DNA of 64,000 bases. Source: a virus (taxonomy: Duplodnaviria; Caudoviricetes). The stretch lies in IMG/VR virus record IMGVR_UViG_3300026270_000004, positions 37,471 through 101,470 of that record; one strand, given 5' to 3'. A program made the translations under genes and the position numbers. The notes under the pieces were generated by a model that saw only the letters and a list, made by a program, of their open reading frames with translations, made no database searches and had not been told where the DNA came from. This document shows, piece by piece, positions 57,973-64,000 of this stretch. Each line of letters starts with the position of its first letter. Position 1 is the first letter of the stretch.

Positions 57973-60693
57973 CTAGTTCAGCAGAACTGGCAACCCAAAG
58001 ACCTGACAAGGACCAGCTGCACAACCGACTGCCATGTAACCAGCATTAACCACGTATGCTCCTAGACCACTGTTACACTGGTTAATAATAGCACCCTGTG
58101 GCACAAACTCAGCAATAACACCAGTAGGTGCTGCGATGAATGTAGCATGGAATGCATTGGTACTACCAGCAAGGATGTCTGCCATACTACTAGGCATTGT
58201 CTGACCTACTGAAATTCTAACTTGTGTTGGTGGTGCAACACCTGGGAATGGTAAGTCTGTGGTGATATCAACAATACAACCCTTAACCATAGAGAATTGT
58301 CCAGTCAATCCTGTTGATACCAGATTGAATAGTGCAACAAACTCAAATCTACCTGAGTTTAAGAATGATGATATCCAGTTGGCCTGGTTGATTATCTCAC
58401 CATCAGCGATGTTTTCAATAGTATTACCTTCTATCTTGACGTTTTGTGAGTTAATCATCACCGACTCAATACCAGCGATACTTGTCTTCGCTGCTTGATG
58501 TTTGTATTCACCACCTACTGATATATCTCTATCACCTTCAAATCTTTCAGAAGATTTCTGCTCAGTGCTATCCTTCAACTCACCTGATAACTGAGGACCA
58601 AACTGGGTTCTACCCATGTGGTCAGCACCAGGATCAAATGGGATATCCATTACTGGATAGAAACCACCTAGATTCTCTTTCTTTAGTATCTTATCCCTTG
58701 ACTTCTTACCATATAATTCTGCTTCTTGATTTAGTGACTGTGACTGTGAAATAGTATCTGGTGGCACTGTACCTTGAGTGACATTAGTATCTACATTCTT
58801 CATAGCATCACCACCACCACTAAGATCAGGTGACTTAGAGGATCCTCCTGCTTCTGACTGTGGTCCTTGAGAGTAGTGACTATTCCATGACCCTGCTACC
58901 TCTTGGTGCATGTTACCCATGACCTTAATATAGAAGTCACCTTCTACTGTTAGACAGTAGTTACCTTTAATATTCTCGCACTTGTCCTTAGAAATGATCT
59001 TAGTCTCATTGTTAGGTACATTCCAGTGCACATTACCAAACTTATCTTCAAAACTACTGACACCACCAGGTCCAGTGACTACTCTCTTCTCTTTCTTAGG
59101 AGTAGCATCATCTATAATTCTAGTACCACTAAGTTGACTGGTAACCTGCATCAGATATGGATTAGTATCCTTAAACATCTGATCAATATAACTACCCATC
59201 GCCTCCGATTTACTGGTAGGAGTAGCAGACATATTTAATGAGGTTAGATCTGATCCTGATGCACCAATCAAATCATCTACATTCTCATAGGGAGTACCTT
59301 TAATAGCATCTTCTATGTTATCGCACTCGGTGGATCCTATCAGTGGGAACCACCCTTTGGACTTCGGCCTCTTTATCTTCCTGTTACAACTCTTTTTAAA
59401 TAGTGCTCCTAGAATTGCCATAAGGATTTGAAGGAGACTACCCCAATCTAGTGAGGTGAAATCAAATTCAAATATACTCTGCACTGTCTGACCAAGTTGC
59501 ATTGCCTTACCTAGCATTCCTTTGGCAGTGCTGATAGCAGAGATAACATCACCAGCAACGTCCTTAACACGATTCATTGCTCCAGTGATACCCTGAAGGA
59601 TACGGTTGCTTACTCCTTTAACAGCAGAGTCAATAGTCTGACCTAATTTAGACGTAGCTATCTTATCTATTGCAAGGCTCGCCATTTGGTTAGCGAAGTT
59701 CGCAGTATCACTCAGTGCTCCCTTCACCAGTCCTAACCACATTGGTGTCTTAGCACAGAATAGTGCGAAGATCTGATCCAAGAATGACATTAATAGGTTA
59801 ACAACTATCAGTGGTACGAATGAAGATACAATCTTCACTAACATTCCTACAACCTCAGCAATTAACTTTGCCATCACCTCTTTCAAAGGTGCAAGAATAC
59901 CTGCTATACCACTAGATAAGAAGTTCATTACCTTACCTAAGTGCTCTCTGATCTTATCTCCTGCAATAGTCTTACCACTAATTAAAGATATCAATCCTTT
60001 CTCAGCTCTACCCAATGCTGCTGACATATTACCCAGCTCAGACAGCATTCTCTTTAAATCTTTCTCAAATCCACCACCAGCAGGTCCAGCAACACCATCA
60101 CCAACACCCATCATCTCAACAGGTGGTTTAATACTATTTGTTACAGAGTTACCAGGTGTAACTGCCTCTGCCATATTAATACCAGCACCTCTTGATTCCT
60201 CTTGTGCTCCTTCTAGAGTTGCAGGTGTATTCTCATTCTTAGGGAATGAGTTACCAGACCTTGCATTCATGTTAGTAAGGTCAGTCTGCTGTGGAGTATC
60301 AGTCTCCAATTCTACAGCAGCAGTTGCATCAGCAATAGTTGTAGCACCATCAGACTTCTCTTGTGCAAATCCTCTGAATGCACCCATAACAACTGGTAGT
60401 TGTGCTTCTTCACCATCAAGGAAGAAACCTAATACCCATGCTCCTGGTTGTAATTCTGTTGTAGTACCTGCTGCCTTGGTTTGTGGTTGGTCAGTTGGTA
60501 GTAATACTGTTGCCCAAGGTAATATCTCTGGTGGGACTTCTTTTAAATATGCCTGTCCTTCTCGGTTACCAGTGTACCAACCAAGAATACGCACCTTAAT
60601 ACGACCCAGTTCAGCAGGATCCCGAATCTCTTCGACTTCTCCTACCCACCAAGTAAATGTATCTCTTCCAAGATAATCGGTCCGTACGCCCAT
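57973..60693 (-). CDS. gp5: Baseplate hub/central spike gp5-like protein
   Basis: OB-fold FTWWVGEVE..DP..LGRIKVRILG..LPWA..WVLGFFLDG..QLPVVMG; beta-helix-like repeats (IKGNYCLTVEGDFYIKVMGN). Confidence 0.9.
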   Translation of the reverse strand: MGVRTDYLGRDTFTWWVGEVEEIRDPAELGRIKVRILGWYTGNREGQAYLKEVPPEILPWATVLLPTDQPQTKAAGTTTELQPGAWVLGFFLDGEEAQLPVVMGAFRGFAQEKSDGATTIADATAAVELETDTPQQTDLTNMNARSGNSFPKNENTPATLEGAQEESRGAGINMAEAVTPGNSVTNSIKPPVEMMGVGDGVAGPAGGGFEKDLKRMLSELGNMSAALGRAEKGLISLISGKTIAGDKIREHLGKVMNFLSSGIAGILAPLKEVMAKLIAEVVGMLVKIVSSFVPLIVVNLLMSFLDQIFALFCAKTPMWLGLVKGALSDTANFANQMASLAIDKIATSKLGQTIDSAVKGVSNRILQGITGAMNRVKDVAGDVISAISTAKGMLGKAMQLGQTVQSIFEFDFTSLDWGSLLQILMAILGALFKKSCNRKIKRPKSKGWFPLIGSTECDNIEDAIKGTPYENVDDLIGASGSDLTSLNMSATPTSKSEAMGSYIDQMFKDTNPYLMQVTSQLSGTRIIDDATPKKEKRVVTGPGGVSSFEDKFGNVHWNVPNNETKIISKDKCENIKGNYCLTVEGDFYIKVMGNMHQEVAGSWNSHYSQGPQSEAGGSSKSPDLSGGGDAMKNVDTNVTQGTVPPDTISQSQSLNQEAELYGKKSRDKILKKENLGGFYPVMDIPFDPGADHMGRTQFGPQLSGELKDSTEQKSSERFEGDRDISVGGEYKHQAAKTSIAGIESVMINSQNVKIEGNTIENIADGEIINQANWISSFLNSGRFEFVALFNLVSTGLTGQFSMVKGCIVDITTDLPFPGVAPPTQVRISVGQTMPSSMADILAGSTNAFHATFIAAPTGVIAEFVPQGAIINQCNSGLGAYVVNAGYMAVGCAAGPCQVFGLPVLLN

Positions 60694-60712
60694 AGTATAT
60701 CAGTTGTTTCTT

Positions 60713-61171
60713 TTATTTATCAAGTCTTTGGAAGCGAAATTCACCTTCCGATTCTTCCTTACCCCATCGAAACTTTCCAGTCTCTAGGTCATATCCAGTA
60801 TCAATGGCACGATATTCGTCACCATTAAATCTTATCTTGGAGACCATCCTCGTATCACCTTGGATGCATTCTCCATCAGTATTACCATTCCACCAAACTC
60901 CATCCCAGTGCCAAATGAAAGGACAGGAAGCAGTATTAGTGACAAGGTTAGTAGTTTTAGTATAGACGATGTTTTCATCCATCCGTGCCCACTGGTATTC
61001 AATGAAATTATATGGATCGTCTTCTCCCTTATACTTATACCAAGACTTTGCTTGAAGTCTACCGTATTCAGGTTCAGTAATTCTAATATCAATCTGAGGC
61101 CACTGTGAGGGATTAGAAAATGCTTGGTTTCTATTCCTATAGTGACCTACTACCTCATTAAATAACATCAA
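60713..61171 (-). CDS. cpeT: CpcT/CpeT-like phycobilin lyase, auxiliary metabolic gene
   Basis: GHYRNRNQAFSNP, PY, D.GYD..G..WG and EFRFQR motifs. Confidence 0.85.
   Translation of the reverse strand: MMLFNEVVGHYRNRNQAFSNPSQWPQIDIRITEPEYGRLQAKSWYKYKGEDDPYNFIEYQWARMDENIVYTKTTNLVTNTASCPFIWHWDGVWWNGNTDGECIQGDTRMVSKIRFNGDEYRAIDTGYDLETGKFRWGKEESEGEFRFQRLDK
60714..60720 (-). promoter_or_regulatory. Late promoter ATAAATA upstream of gp5
   Basis: tatttat on plus, overlapping the cpeT stop. Confidence 0.6.
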
Positions 61172-61826
61172 TCTCTTTCCAATTCATCGGATCTATAATA
61201 GCAAACTCATTATTATTTTTAACACCTGACGATGTAACTATTATATCATAAGATACTGAATATCGTGGAGTATTACCAAGATATACTTCTACCTCATGCT
61301 CTAAGTGAGATGGGAATATGAATAGTCTATCCTCTTCTGGCACATATTGTGTGTCACCATAAGTTAGATCATTATGTGACTCAACATGTATAGGCATCCT
61401 ATGGGTGTTAGGTGAGTGGAATTTAAGTTTCCCACCAGTAAGTGCATTACCTGTCTTAGGATAATATACTACTGATAACACTGAGTTTGGATGTGTATGT
61501 TTATATATCTGACCACCTTTCTCTATGATCACGGGCCATGCCTTTGATGCAAATATTTTAATCTTATCTAAGTCAACATTAAAATGACTGAGATAATTTT
61601 TACAGTGAAAAGAGATCTCACTGTTTAACCAGTAAAATCTCCTATCATTAAACATCTTATAATCTTGGTCGTTATCACCCGAATAACTACCCTTCTCTAC
61701 CCTATCCGACTTAGAATAGGTATCATAAATCTCCTCAAAATACTCAAGCATTCCTTGCTTGGTATCTTGGGATGGTTTTAAGTCTTCATGATATATTACG
61801 GTTGGAAACCAGAGATCAATCGTCAT
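61158..61826 (-). CDS. 2OG-Fe(II) oxygenase (TIGR02466-like)
   Basis: WFPTVIY, HTHPNSVLSVVYY, IFPSHLEHEV and RYSVSYD motifs. Confidence 0.9.
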   Translation of the reverse strand: MTIDLWFPTVIYHEDLKPSQDTKQGMLEYFEEIYDTYSKSDRVEKGSYSGDNDQDYKMFNDRRFYWLNSEISFHCKNYLSHFNVDLDKIKIFASKAWPVIIEKGGQIYKHTHPNSVLSVVYYPKTGNALTGGKLKFHSPNTHRMPIHVESHNDLTYGDTQYVPEEDRLFIFPSHLEHEVEVYLGNTPRYSVSYDIIVTSSGVKNNNEFAIIDPMNWKEIDVI

Positions 61827-62043
61827 AAACTAAGCATTCAGGTTCATCAGGATGCTGATCGCAGAATAATTCTAACGCATTAGGATCATGGTGATCACCA
61901 GCTTCAATCTCTGCTTTATGGTGGTCAGCATATTCTATAAGGTCGTGCAACTCTTCTTTATAGTGACGACGAGCAGCAGGATTTGTTTGAGGATCTTCTA
62001 AAATATCCTTATCATGCTGTATGTGTTGCTCTATAGTTGTCAT
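61816..62043 (-). CDS. cp12: CP12 Calvin-cycle inhibitor, auxiliary metabolic gene
   Basis: C-terminal LELFCDQHPDEPECLVYDD signature. Confidence 0.95.
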   Translation of the reverse strand: MTTIEQHIQHDKDILEDPQTNPAARRHYKEELHDLIEYADHHKAEIEAGDHHDPNALELFCDQHPDEPECLVYDD

Positions 62044-62068
62044 GGTTCTATCGAGTGTGTGTAATTAT

Positions 62069-63589
62069 TTATCTAATATTCTTAGGTATCGAGTCTCGTA
62101 CTAGGTATAACTTGGTAGTTAACCCCTGTCTATGGTAGATATGTGTTAATCCCGCAATAATATACTTACCACTGAACTTCCTATCCATCAAAACTTCTTC
62201 ACCTTCTTCAGTAGAGGAAGGTATCTTTACGTCAATGACATTACCTGCTGTTAATGCTGTATTGCCAGGGACAGTTATATTTAACTTGATTGCCTTGAAT
62301 AAATTATACCTTGCTGCTGCATATTGTGCAACTGCCATGACATCAACATCAGAGTTTGTTCCGTTATTCACATTTCCAGTACTAGTTTGATGAGTTGCAC
62401 CAGGTAATGCTCTTATCTTCATCCTAGTAGGTTGTGCCTTTTCCACATCAAAGAATTCTGGCATAACAAATGGTGGTTGTGCTTGTTGACTCTTAGCATC
62501 CATACCATCTACCACCTTATTTGCCTTACCAAATACCTGATTAAATGTGAGTACCTTAAGATCACTAATGGTACCACTAGGTACCTGTGATAATCCAGTC
62601 CCACCCTTGGCATCTACCTCATCAGTATCTGCTTCATCTTTAGCACCAGATACAGGTGTATAACTATTCTTCTGCACTCCCATTGATATACCTATAGCAG
62701 ATGTCTTATAGGTACCCATCCTCATGTTAGCTAAGTGATTTGCTTTATCAGGATATGTTATATTCTCAATAGCATACCTTTTATCTGCTCCTTCCTGAGC
62801 ACCCTGAACATAGGTGTATGTGTAGACACCATTCCTAGTTGCTTCACCCTTAGCAATACTATCAATAGATCTGAAATTAAATCCATTTCTATTTGACCAG
62901 AATAAGAATCCAGACTGTTTACTCTTACCACTACTACCAGTGAGTCTAGTTACCTTATCAGATAAGAAGTGAATAGCATCACTGGGTTTCCAACTACATG
63001 CTATGAATGTATATTTGGAATGATTCTCAAAATTATATTTGTTTGACTTCCCAGTCCCAGCAGTCCCAAGATAATTATCACAGATATACTTTGGTACATT
63101 CTCAGCATCAATAGACTTCTCTCCAGGTCCAAATGCTTTAAAGATCTTATTACCCTCATCCTTATACATCTCTGGAGATACACAATGTAAGATATACAAC
63201 TGCCCTCTCTCAGTCTTAGATATACTACCAATCTTATATACTCTCAACTCAGTCTCTAAGAAATCCTCTCTAAGAGCAGTACCAGTTAACATCTTAATGA
63301 TAACTTTCTCACCACCCTGTAAATTCTTATTCCAGTCAATAGCATCTAATATACTGATATCACATCTTAAGAAAGAAGATTCAACAGATTCATGGTATTG
63401 AAATTCCAATACCATCTCAGTCATATCATATACTGTCTTACCGTCTGCTGTCTCTAGTTGTAACTTATGGATCGCAAAGTCTCTAGCATTATCCTTATCG
63501 AACGTACCTGATCCCGTACCACCTGTTATACCATAACTGATGGTCTCCCATGCATTAGCAACATTATTAATGAATTCTATTACTGGCAT
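62069..63589 (-). CDS. Putative baseplate hub protein (gp27-like)
   Basis: YHESVES.F, FLFW.N..GFNFRSID and ITVPGN..L.AG.VI..SGKYII..LTH pattern. Confidence 0.65.
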   Translation of the reverse strand: MPVIEFINNVANAWETISYGITGGTGSGTFDKDNARDFAIHKLQLETADGKTVYDMTEMVLEFQYHESVESSFLRCDISILDAIDWNKNLQGGEKVIIKMLTGTALREDFLETELRVYKIGSISKTERGQLYILHCVSPEMYKDEGNKIFKAFGPGEKSIDAENVPKYICDNYLGTAGTGKSNKYNFENHSKYTFIACSWKPSDAIHFLSDKVTRLTGSSGKSKQSGFLFWSNRNGFNFRSIDSIAKGEATRNGVYTYTYVQGAQEGADKRYAIENITYPDKANHLANMRMGTYKTSAIGISMGVQKNSYTPVSGAKDEADTDEVDAKGGTGLSQVPSGTISDLKVLTFNQVFGKANKVVDGMDAKSQQAQPPFVMPEFFDVEKAQPTRMKIRALPGATHQTSTGNVNNGTNSDVDVMAVAQYAAARYNLFKAIKLNITVPGNTALTAGNVIDVKIPSSTEEGEEVLMDRKFSGKYIIAGLTHIYHRQGLTTKLYLVRDSIPKNIR

Positions 63590-64000
63590 TTACATAAACT
63601 CCACAGGATCTGTCATAAACTCATTGATAATACCAAACTTAGGATAGATATACTTATCAGCATCATGATCATCATCACCAGGAATAAAGATAGGAGTTTC
63701 TTCACTAAGATCAGCACCACCACCCATTGTTGATCCAGTTTGATTTATAATCTGAGTATTAGCACTATCTTGAAGAGCATTCTTTAACTTCTCATATCTT
63801 CTCTGCATATCTTTCTGCTTTGCTTCTTCTAACTTCTGACCTATATTATCCTTTAATCTCATAGCACCATCCAAAGTACTTCCACGTTTGTCGAAGTCAG
63901 TAAGACCCCCTGTCAATTGATCAGCAGCACCTGCTAACCATCTCCATACACCACGTGGTTTCTTTACTTCACCACCTTCAGCATACTTATGCAGATGTTT
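63590..64000 (-). CDS. C-terminal part of a larger (possibly tail-associated) protein; partial
   Basis: Frame is open from the window end (KHLHKYAEGGEVKKPRGVWRWLAGAADQLTGG) to the stop at 63590. Confidence 0.7.
   Translation of the reverse strand, partial: KHLHKYAEGGEVKKPRGVWRWLAGAADQLTGGLTDFDKRGSTLDGAMRLKDNIGQKLEEAKQKDMQRRYEKLKNALQDSANTQIINQTGSTMGGGADLSEETPIFIPGDDDHDADKYIYPKFGIINEFMTDPVEFM

Noticed and set aside
16761-63231. Plus-strand ORFs of 60-170 aa in the ORF track (e.g. 20659-21132, 35573-35782, 53501-54016, 60269-60676)
   Set aside because: Antisense to well-supported minus-strand genes, with no recognisable motifs or expression signals.
1-64000. tRNA, rRNA, introns, inteins, integrase, transposase
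   Set aside because: None recognised by eye; tRNAscan-SE and Rfam scans were not run, so small RNAs could be missed.

Overview
A 64-kb segment of an AT-rich T4-like marine cyanophage (Kyanoviridae-like; host probably Prochlorococcus or Synechococcus, inferred from gene content). Nearly all genes lie on the minus strand. Left to right: (i) baseplate module with a giant gp7-like ORF (>5,170 aa, runs off the left end and is missing from the ORF track), gp6, gp25, a PAAR-like spike tip, a 1230-aa structural protein and an NlpC/P60 protein; (ii) a repeat-rich, largely non-coding stretch at about 23.5-24.45 kb that looks like a cis-acting locus (origin candidate); (iii) small early genes and an SF2 helicase, with promoters sharing a 6-6-6 palindrome upstream of TATAAT; (iv) two DNA methyltransferases flanking a PD-(D/E)XK-like ORF (candidate phage-encoded restriction-modification cassette); (v) an island of 2OG-Fe(II) oxygenases, a JmjC protein and two tryptophan-halogenase-family genes beside three tandem Gly/His/Cys-rich fibre or adhesin paralogs; (vi) fibre genes, talC, gp5, cpeT, cp12 and a gp27-like hub gene. 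No tRNA, rRNA, CRISPR array, integrase or reverse transcriptase was recognised. All family calls come from reading motifs by eye; no database search was run.
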